Shown piece by piece: positions 16,240-26,212 of a DNA stretch of 41,870 nt. How positions within the stretch are numbered: the first letter of the stretch is position 1; each line of letters starts with the position of its first letter. The notes under the pieces are model-generated. The model was not told the origin of the DNA. It was given only the letters and a program-made list of their open reading frames with translations, and searched no databases. The translations under genes were made by a program, and so were the position numbers. The DNA comes from Stenotrophobium sp. (lineage in GTDB: Bacteria > Pseudomonadota > Gammaproteobacteria > Nevskiales > Nevskiaceae), in the NCBI GenBank assembly GCA_050740055.1, contig JBOICL010000118.1:1-41870 (forward strand), in the 5' to 3' direction.

Positions 16240-17439
16240 TCACGGCGGCGTCAGATAAGCCGTTCCGGGAATCGCCACGTCGAAAGCGCGCTGCACCAGC
16301 CACAGCGTCGCGATGGCAATGATCAGCAGCGAGCCGTAGCGCACCACGCCAACCTGATAAAACCGCGTGCGGCGCACCAGGAAGGCCAGCGGCACGAACG
16401 GCAGCACGATGACTTCCTGGCCCAATTCCACGCCGAGACTGAACCCGCCCAGCGAGATGCCCATCGACAGCGGCGGCAGTTGCAAGCCTGCCAGCGCGCT
16501 GGCGAAACCCAGTCCGTGGATAAAACCAAAGGAGAACGCCACCAGCCACGCGCTGCCGGTGACAATGGGAAAAAGATTGTTGGCGGCGGCGACGATGATC
16601 GACAGCGCAATGCCGGACTCCACCAGGCGGCTCGGCAGATGCACGTAGCCGAGCACGCATAGCGTCAAGGTCACGGAATGCGAGACGGTGAAGCCGGAAA
16701 CGACCTTGACCAGTTCGATCAGCGACGTCGCCAGGCGCGGCGCGGCATCCCACTGCGCGGGCGCGAGCAGCGACGCGGCCGAATCGCGGCGGCGCCGGAT
16801 CAGCACGGCTGGCAGCAGCAGCGAAAAAATGAATAGCAGATGGTCCGGGCCGGTCCAGATATGCCAGATGCCATCGGTCATGAAGCTCTTGAACTGCTGC
16901 CAGCGGTCGGGCTTGCGCAGGTCCAGCGTTGTGACCGGATTTTCCGGGCCGAGTACGGCGCCCGCAGTGCGCTGTCCCGCGTGAATCGTCACGATGCCGC
17001 GGTGATAGGGATCGACATCCTTGAACAGCGTGTAAACCACAACCAGCTTGCTGGGAATGTCCTTGTCACAGACTGCATCGAACAGGATCACGTCGTAGGC
17101 GCCGTCGGTGTGATCGTCAATCATCTGGCCGGTAGGACTGAGTTTGCAGGTCAGGCCATCGCCCTTCACCACCAGCCGCTGTAGCGCGTACTGCTCGATC
17201 TCTTCGCGATGCGCCTTCACTTCGCCCCAGGTGATCCGGCTGTCGTGATTGCTGTCGATGTCGATCACGAAGCTGAGGTCGCGCAAGGCGATGTCCCATT
17301 GCCCGCGCAATACATTCAAGTTCGCCGCATCGGTGTGCAGATTGAGGTAGGCGTCGCTTTCCTTGTGCGCGGAGGCGCTGAACGGCAGCAGCCCGAAAGC
17401 CAGCGCCAGCAGCGCCGCAATGACGGATGCGGATTTCAT
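16240..17439 (-). CDS. HupE/UreJ-family membrane protein with N-terminal exported domain
   Basis: Signal peptide ASA-H; GIWHIWTGPDHLLF, FTVSHSVTL, LVESGIALS, FGFIHGLGFA. Confidence 0.9.
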   Translation of the reverse strand: MKSASVIAALLALAFGLLPFSASAHKESDAYLNLHTDAANLNVLRGQWDIALRDLSFVIDIDSNHDSRITWGEVKAHREEIEQYALQRLVVKGDGLTCKLSPTGQMIDDHTDGAYDVILFDAVCDKDIPSKLVVVYTLFKDVDPYHRGIVTIHAGQRTAGAVLGPENPVTTLDLRKPDRWQQFKSFMTDGIWHIWTGPDHLLFIFSLLLPAVLIRRRRDSAASLLAPAQWDAAPRLATSLIELVKVVSGFTVSHSVTLTLCVLGYVHLPSRLVESGIALSIIVAAANNLFPIVTGSAWLVAFSFGFIHGLGFASALAGLQLPPLSMGISLGGFSLGVELGQEVIVLPFVPLAFLVRRTRFYQVGVVRYGSLLIIAIATLWLVQRAFDVAIPGTAYLTPP

Positions 17440-18716
17440 GGTGAGGTTCCGTTTTGCATCTGCGCTGGTTTTTTGCCGATCGCGCTGCGCACGGTGGCGT
17501 CAAGTTCACGCACTCTGGGGTCTTCAAGATTCGTCTGGGCAAGGAAGTCGAGTACCGGTTGTGCCGCTTCGGGCCTGCCCGCCGCCAGTGCCGCCTCCAG
17601 GTAGATGCGGGCATCGGGCGGTGCGCGCTGTATCGTCCAGTTGCCCTGAGCGATCTCCAGCGCGCGCGCAGGATCGTGTTGCAGGCCGAGCACGAAGCGC
17701 GCCTGCTCGCGGGCATAGAGATGCTTGTCTCCACGCAAGTCTAGATCGCGGAAACGCTGCGCCATCTCTTGCGTATCCTTGCCGGCCTGCGGCAGCTTGA
17801 GCATTGCCTCTGCCAGCACCAGTCTCAGAAAGGAAGTGTCCGACTGGGTGTAGTCCCTGACTAGGGCTATCACTTCTCTTGGCCGTTTGTGGTCGAGCAG
17901 AAAATCGCCATAGTCCGCCAGCAGGAAGTTGTCGCCCGGCACCAGTTGCAGCGCTGCCTTGAAATGCGCGTCCGCGAGCGTGTCCTCGCCCTGGTACTTG
18001 GCCGCATCCGCCAACAGACCCTGCGCCCAGGATTGAATCAGCGGAGGTTCGTTTGGCTCCTGCTTCAACAGCAGGGCGATAACCTCGTAACCGTCGTTCG
18101 CGCGCCCGGTCACGGCGTCAAGCCCGCCGATACAGGCGGCGGTGATCAGTGCATCCATGCTGCCCATCAACCGTGCGCAGGAATGCCGCGCCTTGTCCAT
18201 GTCACCCTGCACCTGCGCGACCGAAGCCAGCGTCAGCCAAGCCTGTCCGTTGTCGCTGTCAGCCTTGAGGATCTGTTCGAGAATTGCGCGCGACTGCACG
18301 AACAGGTGACGGCTTTGCAGAATCGTCGCATTCACCATCATCACAGGCATCGGTACCGGCGTCCGTTTCAGCCACGGCGCGATCACCGCCAGCGCGCGGC
18401 CCAGGTAGCGCGCATCGCCGGTGATGCGCCCGTAGTCGATGTAGTCGCGCGCGAGTTTCAGCGCAAGCGCCATGTCATCAGGATGTTCCTGCTGCTGGCG
18501 CCGCAGCGCGTCAAAGGCGCGCACGCGAGGATCAGAAGTGGATGGCAGCTCCTGCAAGACCTGGCCGTCGCTTTGGGGCAGATAAGGCACGCCCAGGTCA
18601 GCGCGGACGGGCGTAGCGACGAGCAGAGCCAGCACCACGAACGCAATGATCTCTTGCCGGGGCGCGAACGCAGAACCGTGGATTTGCGCTGGGCGTGTCA
18701 AAATCCTGCTGCTCAT
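17436..18716 (-). CDS. Exported TPR-repeat protein
   Basis: Hydrophobic N-terminal segment and helical TPR-like repeats (GDARYLGRA, LQSRHLF, QAWLTLA); stop overlaps the hupE start. Confidence 0.82.
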   Translation of the reverse strand: MSSRILTRPAQIHGSAFAPRQEIIAFVVLALLVATPVRADLGVPYLPQSDGQVLQELPSTSDPRVRAFDALRRQQQEHPDDMALALKLARDYIDYGRITGDARYLGRALAVIAPWLKRTPVPMPVMMVNATILQSRHLFVQSRAILEQILKADSDNGQAWLTLASVAQVQGDMDKARHSCARLMGSMDALITAACIGGLDAVTGRANDGYEVIALLLKQEPNEPPLIQSWAQGLLADAAKYQGEDTLADAHFKAALQLVPGDNFLLADYGDFLLDHKRPREVIALVRDYTQSDTSFLRLVLAEAMLKLPQAGKDTQEMAQRFRDLDLRGDKHLYAREQARFVLGLQHDPARALEIAQGNWTIQRAPPDARIYLEAALAAGRPEAAQPVLDFLAQTNLEDPRVRELDATVRSAIGKKPAQMQNGTSP

Positions 18717-18774
18717 GGAAGATGTACGGCGTTCCGTGGGTTTTGTTTTGCTTGATCCGGCCACGCCCTGCCAA

Positions 18775-18801
18775 TACGTCACAATGACGCTAGTAGATGC
18801 A
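18775..18801 (-). promoter_or_regulatory. Putative ECF-sigma promoter copy 3
   Basis: Minus strand TGCATCT-N16-CGTA, 58 bp upstream of the TPR gene start. Confidence 0.7.
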
Positions 18802-19002
18802 CCTTTCCCTGCGGCGCCATTCCACCAGGTGCAGCCGTTTCGTGTTTTGGCCTGTGTATAGTGACCGAGTGTCAGATGCCCCGGATTTCGGTGATAATTG
18901 GCGTGCGGTTGGCAGACCCAAGCCGCATAGCGGCGTTCCTGCACCGGACGCCATATCAATTTTGGAACCAGCGGCGCCAGCGGCGTCAAAGGCAGATACA
19001 GC

Positions 19003-19998
19003 GTGGTTTCAAGCTCTCACCGTTTCTCCGTAGCACCCATGATGGACTGGACGGACCGGCACTGCCGGTATTTCCTGCGCCTGCTTTCGCGTCATGCGCG
19101 GCTTTACACCGAGATGATCACCACCGGCGCCATCATCAATGGCGAGCGCCAGCGCATCCTACGTTTCGACCGCTCGGAGCACCCTGTGGCCTTGCAACTA
19201 GGCGGCTGCGACCCCGATGCGCTGGCACGTTGCGCCGAGATCGGCGAACAGTTTGGCTACGACGAAATCAACCTGAATTGCGGCTGCCCCTCGGATCGCG
19301 TCATCGACGGACGTTTCGGCGCCTGCCTGATGCGCAAACCCGACTTGGTGGCCGAGTGCGTGGCCATCATGAGCAAGGTGACTTCGCTGCCGGTCACGGT
19401 AAAGAACCGCATAGGCATCGACAATACCGAGGAGTACCGCTTTCTGCGGCATTTCGTCGAGACGGTTGCCGAAGCGGGCTGCGAAACCTTCATCATCCAC
19501 GCGCGCAAGGCTTGGTTAACTGGATTGTCACCGAAGGAAAACCGCGAAATCCCGCCGCTGCGCTATGAAGTGGTCTACCGGCTCAAGCAGGATTTTCCGC
19601 AGCTCAATATCGTTATCAATGGCGGCATCAAGACGCTCGATGAGTGCAGTGAGCACCTGCGCCATGTGGACGGCGTAATGCTTGGCCGCGAGCCCTACGA
19701 AAATCCCTGGATGATGTCGCAGGTTGACGAACAACTGTTCGGCGCGCGCGCTTCCACGCTTACGCGGATGGATGCGCTGCGGCGCTTCATGCCCTACGTG
19801 CAGCGCGAACTCGATGCGGGCACGCCGCTGGCCCATATCACCAAGCACATCCTCGGACTGTTCCGCAGCGAGCACGGTGGGCGCGCGTTCCGCCGCGTCA
19901 TCAGTGAACGCGCCTGCAAACCCGGCGCGGGAATCGAAGTGCTGGAGGCCGCGCTCGCGATCATCGAAGAAAATCCGCCGCAACTGGCCGCGGCCTGA
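19003..19998 (+). CDS. dusA: tRNA dihydrouridine synthase A
   Basis: FSVAPMMDWTDRHCRYF, INLNCGCPSDRV, HARKAWLTGLSPKENREIPPL. Confidence 0.95.
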   Translation: MVSSSHRFSVAPMMDWTDRHCRYFLRLLSRHARLYTEMITTGAIINGERQRILRFDRSEHPVALQLGGCDPDALARCAEIGEQFGYDEINLNCGCPSDRVIDGRFGACLMRKPDLVAECVAIMSKVTSLPVTVKNRIGIDNTEEYRFLRHFVETVAEAGCETFIIHARKAWLTGLSPKENREIPPLRYEVVYRLKQDFPQLNIVINGGIKTLDECSEHLRHVDGVMLGREPYENPWMMSQVDEQLFGARASTLTRMDALRRFMPYVQRELDAGTPLAHITKHILGLFRSEHGGRAFRRVISERACKPGAGIEVLEAALAIIEENPPQLAAA

Positions 19999-20013
19999 AG
20001 GAACCGGACAACA

Positions 20014-20595
20014 ATGAACAAGTTTTTACTCTCGCTTTCACTACTACTGGGACTGAACATGACGCCTGCCAATGCCGCTGAACCTGTCCGTGTGCTGATG
20101 GAAACCAGCATGGGCAACATTACTCTCGAGTTGGATCACGACAAGGCGCCCAAGTCGGTCGATAACTTTATCGAATACGTGAAGGCCAAGTATTACGACG
20201 GCCTCGTCTTTCATCGCGTGATCAAGGGTTTCATGATCCAGGGCGGCGGCTACGACGAAAATTCGCGCCCGCGCAAAACCCGTGCATCGATCGCAAACGA
20301 AGCCAGCAACGGACTCAAGAACCTGCGCGGCACCATCGCCATGGCGCGCACCAGCGATCCGAACTCCGCAACCTCACAGTTCTTCATCAATCACGCCGAC
20401 AACGGCTTCCTGGACTATCCGGGCAGCGACGGCTATGGCTACACCGTGTTCGGCAAGGTGGTGGACGGCATGGACGTGGTGGACAAGATTGCGAATACGC
20501 CGACCGGCAACCTGCCGCCTTTCGGCCGTGATGTGCCGCTGACGCCGGTCTTCATCAAGCACGTCAGCCTGCTCGAGCCGAAGCAGACCAAGTAG
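20014..20595 (+). CDS. ppiA: Cyclophilin-type peptidyl-prolyl isomerase with signal peptide
   Basis: FHRVIKGFMIQGGG, MARTSDPNSATSQFFIN, YTVFGKV. Confidence 0.9.
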   Translation: MNKFLLSLSLLLGLNMTPANAAEPVRVLMETSMGNITLELDHDKAPKSVDNFIEYVKAKYYDGLVFHRVIKGFMIQGGGYDENSRPRKTRASIANEASNGLKNLRGTIAMARTSDPNSATSQFFINHADNGFLDYPGSDGYGYTVFGKVVDGMDVVDKIANTPTGNLPPFGRDVPLTPVFIKHVSLLEPKQTK

Positions 20596-20639
20596 CGCAT
20601 CTTGAAGCGGCCGCATGATTCCGGGCCGGTTTGCAAGGC

Positions 20640-21362
20640 ATGACCAAGCCCACGCTGCTGCTATCCGACCTGCATCTGCCGCCGCAGCCGTCACCGCTGC
20701 GCGAGACTTTCCTGCGCTTCCTCGACGGCCCGGCGCGCGAGGCCGCGCAGGTTTTCATACTCGGCGACCTGTTTGAATACTGGATCGGCGACAAGGAAGG
20801 CTTGCAGGTCTATGCACGCGAGGTCAGCCATCTTGCGGCGCTGACCGCGCTGGGCGTGCCGGTGTCGTACATGCACGGCAACCGCGACTTCATGGTAGGT
20901 GCGCACTTCGCGGAAATCAGCGGCGTGCGCATCCTGCCCGATCCGCATGTCATCGATCTCTGCGGTGTGCCGACGCTACTCTCGCATGGCGACATTTATT
21001 GCACGGACGACGAGGCCTATCAGCGCTGGCGGCGCTTTTCACGCCGTCCGCTGGCGCAATGGGGCTATCTGCACCTGCCGCGCTCGCTTCGTGAACGCAT
21101 CGCCGGCAACCTGCGCGGTCAGAGCTCGAAGAAAGCCTGGCAGCCCAGAGAAATCATGGATGTAAACACAGGCGCTATCGTTGCCGCGTTCGGCCAGCAT
21201 GGCGTTTCGCGCATGATTCACGGCCATACGCATCGCCCAGCTGAGCATGACCACGGTCATGGCCTGACGCGCATCGTGCTCGCCGACTGGCGGCCCGATT
21301 ACGCGGAGTACATGCAGGTTGACAGCGCGGGCATGCGCCGCATCTCCCTGCCCGTCCACTAA
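20640..21362 (+). CDS. lpxH: UDP-2,3-diacylglucosamine hydrolase
   Basis: SDLHL, LGDLFEYWIGD, GNRDF, HGD, IHGHTHRP; follows ppi. Confidence 0.93.
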   Translation: MTKPTLLLSDLHLPPQPSPLRETFLRFLDGPAREAAQVFILGDLFEYWIGDKEGLQVYAREVSHLAALTALGVPVSYMHGNRDFMVGAHFAEISGVRILPDPHVIDLCGVPTLLSHGDIYCTDDEAYQRWRRFSRRPLAQWGYLHLPRSLRERIAGNLRGQSSKKAWQPREIMDVNTGAIVAAFGQHGVSRMIHGHTHRPAEHDHGHGLTRIVLADWRPDYAEYMQVDSAGMRRISLPVH

Positions 21363-21376
21363 CACTTGCGCGCGTT

Positions 21377-22132
21377 TCAGTTTGCGCCTTCAAGCTCCCG
21401 TTCATCGAAACCGGCGGCCGCGCGAGCAACGCGGTTGAGTGGCAGGCGGATGCGCATGTTGTATTGCTCAAGCAGCCGCGTGAACGTCTGGGTCGAATCC
21501 AGGCCGCGCTCCGCGCAGAGATGACGGAACCAGCGTGTGCCGATGGCAACATGCCGCACTTCCTCCTGCAGGATCACACTCAGGATGCGCATGGTCGCGG
21601 TATCGCCCAGAGCTTGCAGCCGGTCGATCATGCCGGGCGTCACGTCGAGCCCGCGCGCTTCCAGCACCCTTGGCACCAGCGCCATACGCACCAGTACATC
21701 GTGGCGGGTTTTTTCCGCTGCTTCCCACAGACCGTTATGGGCTGAGAAGTCGCCGTAGGCGTATCCGAGTTCAGCCAGCCGCGCACGCAGCATGAGGAAA
21801 TGCCGCGCTTCGTCCTGCGCCACTGAGAGCCAGTCGCGGTAATAGTCCGCGGGCATGCCGCGAAACCGCCAGCAGGCGTCAAGCGCGAGATTGATGGCGT
21901 TGAATTCGATATGCGCCACTGCGTGAATCAGCGCGGCGCGGCCTGCGGGCGAACCCAGCCCACGCTTTGGCACTTCGCTGGGGTGAATAAGCAGCGGCCG
22001 TTCAGGACGGCCGGGAATCAGATACCCAAGGTCGGCATCATTCACATTGGCTGCGGCAGGGGCAGGCGAACGCAGCGCCGCGACCAGCGCGCATTTGCGT
22101 TCCGGGTCGCGCTCGATTAACGCGGCGTACAC
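21377..22132 (-). CDS. Ferritin-like DUF455-family protein
   Basis: HAVAHIEFNAINLALDA, DEARHF, VLEARGLD, EEVRHV; start uncertain. Confidence 0.88.
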   Translation of the reverse strand: MYAALIERDPERKCALVAALRSPAPAAANVNDADLGYLIPGRPERPLLIHPSEVPKRGLGSPAGRAALIHAVAHIEFNAINLALDACWRFRGMPADYYRDWLSVAQDEARHFLMLRARLAELGYAYGDFSAHNGLWEAAEKTRHDVLVRMALVPRVLEARGLDVTPGMIDRLQALGDTATMRILSVILQEEVRHVAIGTRWFRHLCAERGLDSTQTFTRLLEQYNMRIRLPLNRVARAAAGFDERELEGAN

Positions 22133-22224
22133 CGGACAAGAAGTGGTCTGCTGTTTCAGGCGATGTACTGGAAACTTAAAAATGTAGGCTCATCGTCCGT
22201 TGGACGCTTGCAACAGTCTCCCGC

Positions 22225-23463
22225 TTACACCGGAAACTGACCGAGCGCCTGCGCGATGTCGCCCCTAAGGTCAGCCAGATCCTCGATGCCCACCGACAGC
22301 CGGATCAGGCCATCGGCAATACCCATCGTCTGGCGCCGCTCCGGCCCCATTTCCCAGAAAATGGTATGCGCCACCGGGATCGCTAGCGTGCGCGTATCGG
22401 AAAGATGGCTGGAGACGATGACCAGCTTCAGCGCGTCGAGAAAGTCGAAACAGTCGATACCGGTCCGCAGCTCGAACGCCAGCAGGGTTCCGAATCCTCC
22501 CTTGAACAGAGTCGCTGCGCGAGTATGTTCGGCGTGACTTTGCAGGCCGGGGTAATACACCCTTTGCACCTGCGGCTGCGCTTCCAGCCAGCGCGCCAGT
22601 TGGATCGCGTTGTCGCAGGCGCGTTCGCTGCGCAGCACCAGGGTCTCGGCGCCTACGGCAATGCGATGAGCGTCTTCGGCGCGCAGCGTAGCACCAAGGT
22701 CGCGCAGCCCCTTCTTGCGGATTTGCAGCATGCCCCAGCCGGCTGCGTCACCTTTTTTGTAAACCGGCAGGATGTTGTCGAAGCTCGCCCAGTCGAACAG
22801 TCCGGTGTCGCAAACTGCGCCACCCATCGCGTTTCCATGTCCGCCGATGCCCTTGGTCAGCGCATGCACCACCAGGCCTGCGCGTACATCGCGTGCGCGG
22901 AACAGTATCGGCGTCAGTGTGCTGTCCACAACGTAAAGCAGGCGCCGGTCGGCGCAGAGCCTGCCGATGCCGTCGAGGTCCGTCACCTGCGTGCGTGGGT
23001 TGGCGATGGTCTCGACGAACACTAGTCGGGTATTCGGGCGCAGCGCCGCCGCCACATGAGCCGCATCGGTGGCGTCGACAAAACTGACCTCGATCCCCAT
23101 GCCCTGCAGCGTTTGCAACAGGCTGTTGGTATTCCCGAACAGAAATTGGCTGCTGACGATGTGATCGCCTGCGCGCAGCAGAGAGATCAGTACCGCGGCA
23201 ATCGCTGCCATTCCGGTGGAAAAGCACGCCGTTGCTCGGGCATCTTCCAGCAGAGAGATTTTTGCCTCGAGCGCCGCACCCGTCGGGTTGCCTTGGCGCG
23301 CGTACACGAAGCCGGATTTGCTGCCCTGGAAAACCGCAGCCAAATCGCGCGATGAGCTGTAGGCGTAAGCGGCCGCGGTGTGCATCGGCTTGTGCACCGC
23401 GCCATGTTCGGCGCCTGCCAGGGAATCGGAGTGCAGGATGCTTGTGGTGATGCCGTAGTTCAT
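22225..23463 (-). CDS. PLP-dependent Cys/Met metabolism enzyme (cystathionine gamma-synthase/sulfhydrylase family)
   Basis: YARQGNPT, TGMAAI, ETIANP, HALTKGIGGHG, LIRLSVGIED. Confidence 0.9.
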   Translation of the reverse strand: MNYGITTSILHSDSLAGAEHGAVHKPMHTAAAYAYSSSRDLAAVFQGSKSGFVYARQGNPTGAALEAKISLLEDARATACFSTGMAAIAAVLISLLRAGDHIVSSQFLFGNTNSLLQTLQGMGIEVSFVDATDAAHVAAALRPNTRLVFVETIANPRTQVTDLDGIGRLCADRRLLYVVDSTLTPILFRARDVRAGLVVHALTKGIGGHGNAMGGAVCDTGLFDWASFDNILPVYKKGDAAGWGMLQIRKKGLRDLGATLRAEDAHRIAVGAETLVLRSERACDNAIQLARWLEAQPQVQRVYYPGLQSHAEHTRAATLFKGGFGTLLAFELRTGIDCFDFLDALKLVIVSSHLSDTRTLAIPVAHTIFWEMGPERRQTMGIADGLIRLSVGIEDLADLRGDIAQALGQFPV

Positions 23464-23552
23464 GTGAGCGCCTCAGAACCTGATTGCAAAAAGTGCCTAT
23501 GCCCGGAGTGGCGTATCCCCGGATGTCGGCCCATTGTGGGCCGCGATTCTAA

Positions 23553-24065
23553 TCATTTCTTGGGCACAGCCGCTTTTTTCTGCGCCGCCAATTCAGCATC
23601 CATGCGCCGCGAGATGTCCTGAATCCTGGGCATCAGCGGCCGCATCCTGGACTGCGTTAGCAACGCAATCTTTTGATTCAGCGCTAGTGACTTCTTGAGA
23701 TAGGACTGTCCGGTTTCGGTTTCGTAAAACTTCGTGAGATCGCTGATTTCCTTGTCAGTGAAAGTCTCGGAATAAATCTTCACGAGATCCGGCTCGAACT
23801 TGCTCCAGGCCAGCTCCGGGAGGATCAGGTCGGATATTTCCTTGGTGTACTTGTCCACGATCGGGCGCTGCGCATCGGTCAGCTGCATCTGCTGCGCCTG
23901 CTGATTCAAGGACGCCTGAATCTGCGCCTGCATCTGTGCGGACATGTTTTCCGCGTGACTGACTTCCAGCAGACGCTCCACGCCCTTGGCGCCGGCGTGC
24001 GGCGTTCCCGCTGCCCAGGCCGTGGAACCGGCCAGCGCCAGCAGCACCATCAGTGTTTTTTTCAT
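23553..24065 (-). CDS. Exported DUF2059-family protein
   Basis: Signal peptide MKKTLMV...AWA; IYSETFTDKEISDLTKFYETETGQ motif. Confidence 0.82.
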   Translation of the reverse strand: MKKTLMVLLALAGSTAWAAGTPHAGAKGVERLLEVSHAENMSAQMQAQIQASLNQQAQQMQLTDAQRPIVDKYTKEISDLILPELAWSKFEPDLVKIYSETFTDKEISDLTKFYETETGQSYLKKSLALNQKIALLTQSRMRPLMPRIQDISRRMDAELAAQKKAAVPKK

Positions 24066-24096
24066 CTCATGACCCCGTGCAGCAAAAGTTGAAAAT

Positions 24097-25611
24097 TCAG
24101 GCGTTCTTGAGTTCCAGCACGGTCTGCGGCGGACGGTTGCGCTGCTGCTTGGCCGCATCCGAGCGGAACAGTTCCAGTTGATTGAGATATTCCGAGGTCA
24201 CATCCTGAGTGATGTATTCGCCGGTGAATACGGAGGCGTCGAAGCGTGTGAGCTTGGGGTTGCCCGCGCGCACCGCCTCGATCAGATCGCCGAGATCCTG
24301 GAAAATCAGGCGGTCCGCACCGAGCATGTGCTCCAGTTCCGGCACCGTGCGGCCGTGCGCCACCAGCTCGGACGAAGTCGGCATGTCGATGCCATAGACA
24401 TTTGGGTAACGCACTGGCGGCGAAGCGGAAGCGAAATAAACCTTGCGCGCGCCGGACTCACGCGCCATCTGGATGATCTCCTGCGAGGTGGTTCCGCGCA
24501 CGATGGAGTCGTCCACCAGCAGCACGTTCTTGCCGCGGAATTCGAGATCGACCGGATTGAGTTTCTGGCGCACAGACTTCTTGCGCTGCGCCTGGCCCGG
24601 CATGATGAAAGTGCGGCCGATATAGCGGTTCTTGATGAAGCCTTCGCGGTAGGACACGCCGAGCCGTGTGGCCAACTCCGCGCCGGCGACGCGGCTGGTG
24701 TCTGGAATCGGAATCACCACGTCGATATCGTGATCCGGCCATTCGCGCAGTATTTTCTCCGCCAGTTTCACGCCCATGCGCAAGCGCGCCTTGTAGACGT
24801 AGACGTCGTCGATCACCGAGTCGGGGCGCGCTAGGTAGACGTGTTCGAAAATGCACGGCGAATAAATCGGATTGGCGGCGCATTGGCGGCGGTGCAGCTT
24901 GCCGTCGTGGGTGATGTAAACCGCCTCGCCAGGTGCGATGTCACCGAGCATTTCATAGCCCAGCGCATTCAGCGCGACCGACTCCGAGGCGATCATGTAG
25001 TCCTTGCCGCGCGCGGTCTCGCGCACGCCGTAAACCACCGGGCGGATGCCGTAGGGATCGCGGAAACCGACCACGCCATAGCCGGAGATCATCGCCACGC
25101 AGGCATACGCGCCGCGGCAGCGCTGATGCACGCCGGAAACCGCCGCGAACACGTCGTCTGGGTGCAGGCGCAGTGCGCCGCGCTGCATCAGTTCATGCGC
25201 GAAGATATTGAGCAGCACCTCGGAGTCGGACTCGGTATTGAGGTGGCGCCGATCCTGCAGGAACAGTTCCTGCTTGAGTTCTTCGGCGTTAGTGAGATTG
25301 CCGTTGTGCGACAGCGCGATGCCAAAAGGCATGTTCGTGTAGAACGGCTGCGCCTCGGCCGAGGTCGAGCAACCGGCGGTGGGATAGCGCACATGCCCGA
25401 TTCCCATCGGCCCGCGCAGTTGCAGCATGTGCTCATCTTTGTTGAACACATCGCGCACCAGCCCGTTTTCCTTGCGCAGGTAGAGACGGCTGCCGTCGTT
25501 GGTGATAATGCCCGCGGCGTCCTGCCCGCGATGCTGGAGCATGGTGAGCGCATCAAACAGTTCCTGGTTGACCGCCGGTCCCTGGGAAACGATGCCTGCA
25601 ATGCCGCACAT
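24097..25611 (-). CDS. purF: Amidophosphoribosyltransferase
   Basis: [33 protein letters not shown]. Confidence 0.98.
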   Translation of the reverse strand: MCGIAGIVSQGPAVNQELFDALTMLQHRGQDAAGIITNDGSRLYLRKENGLVRDVFNKDEHMLQLRGPMGIGHVRYPTAGCSTSAEAQPFYTNMPFGIALSHNGNLTNAEELKQELFLQDRRHLNTESDSEVLLNIFAHELMQRGALRLHPDDVFAAVSGVHQRCRGAYACVAMISGYGVVGFRDPYGIRPVVYGVRETARGKDYMIASESVALNALGYEMLGDIAPGEAVYITHDGKLHRRQCAANPIYSPCIFEHVYLARPDSVIDDVYVYKARLRMGVKLAEKILREWPDHDIDVVIPIPDTSRVAGAELATRLGVSYREGFIKNRYIGRTFIMPGQAQRKKSVRQKLNPVDLEFRGKNVLLVDDSIVRGTTSQEIIQMARESGARKVYFASASPPVRYPNVYGIDMPTSSELVAHGRTVPELEHMLGADRLIFQDLGDLIEAVRAGNPKLTRFDASVFTGEYITQDVTSEYLNQLELFRSDAAKQQRNRPPQTVLELKNA

Positions 25612-25622
25612 GGAAGACCTCT

Positions 25623-26159
25623 TTAGGACGCGCGCTGTTTCTGCAATGTGGACGGCGCAACGGGCACTGCACCGGGCCTGAGCATGTCCAGCCAGCTTGC
25701 CGGCACCACCGGTTTCAGGAGGTTGGCCAACACTTCAAACTGCGGCACGAAGATAGATTGATGCCACCAGCGGTCCTGCTTCGAGCCCATAGTGCTGGCG
25801 CAGAGCACGAACACCGTGATCACAAATACCCCGCGCAGGAATCCGAATCCGGCGCCCAGTGTGCGATTGACGTTGCTGAACATGCTGTTGCTGATCCAGT
25901 CGGTCAGCAGATGCGTGAGGATTGCGCCGAACAGCAGGCCGCCGATGAACAGGATTGCATAGGCACAGCCGACGCGCACGGCAGGTTCGTTGATGTGCGC
26001 CGCAAACACATCGGCCAGCATGTGGCCGAATACGGCTGCCAGCACGAAGGCTAGCACCCAGGTCAGCAAGTTCAGGATTTCATGGGCGAAACCGCGCAGG
26101 ACGCCGACAAGAATGGAGATGACAAAAACCGCGACGATGCACCAATCCACCCAGATCAT
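25623..26159 (-). CDS. cvpA: CvpA-family membrane protein
   Basis: Hydrophobic, [17 protein letters not shown]; directly upstream of purF. Confidence 0.92.
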   Translation of the reverse strand: MIWVDWCIVAVFVISILVGVLRGFAHEILNLLTWVLAFVLAAVFGHMLADVFAAHINEPAVRVGCAYAILFIGGLLFGAILTHLLTDWISNSMFSNVNRTLGAGFGFLRGVFVITVFVLCASTMGSKQDRWWHQSIFVPQFEVLANLLKPVVPASWLDMLRPGAVPVAPSTLQKQRAS

Positions 26160-26212
26160 GAGAACAGGACCGCTACGGGAACGGCGCGGATTTTACCACG
26201 CGCGGTCATGGA

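Noticed and set aside
18717..18989. N-terminal extension of the TPR ORF (517 aa)
   Set aside because: The composition is not protein-like, and the ECF promoter motif lies inside it, which supports the 18716 start.
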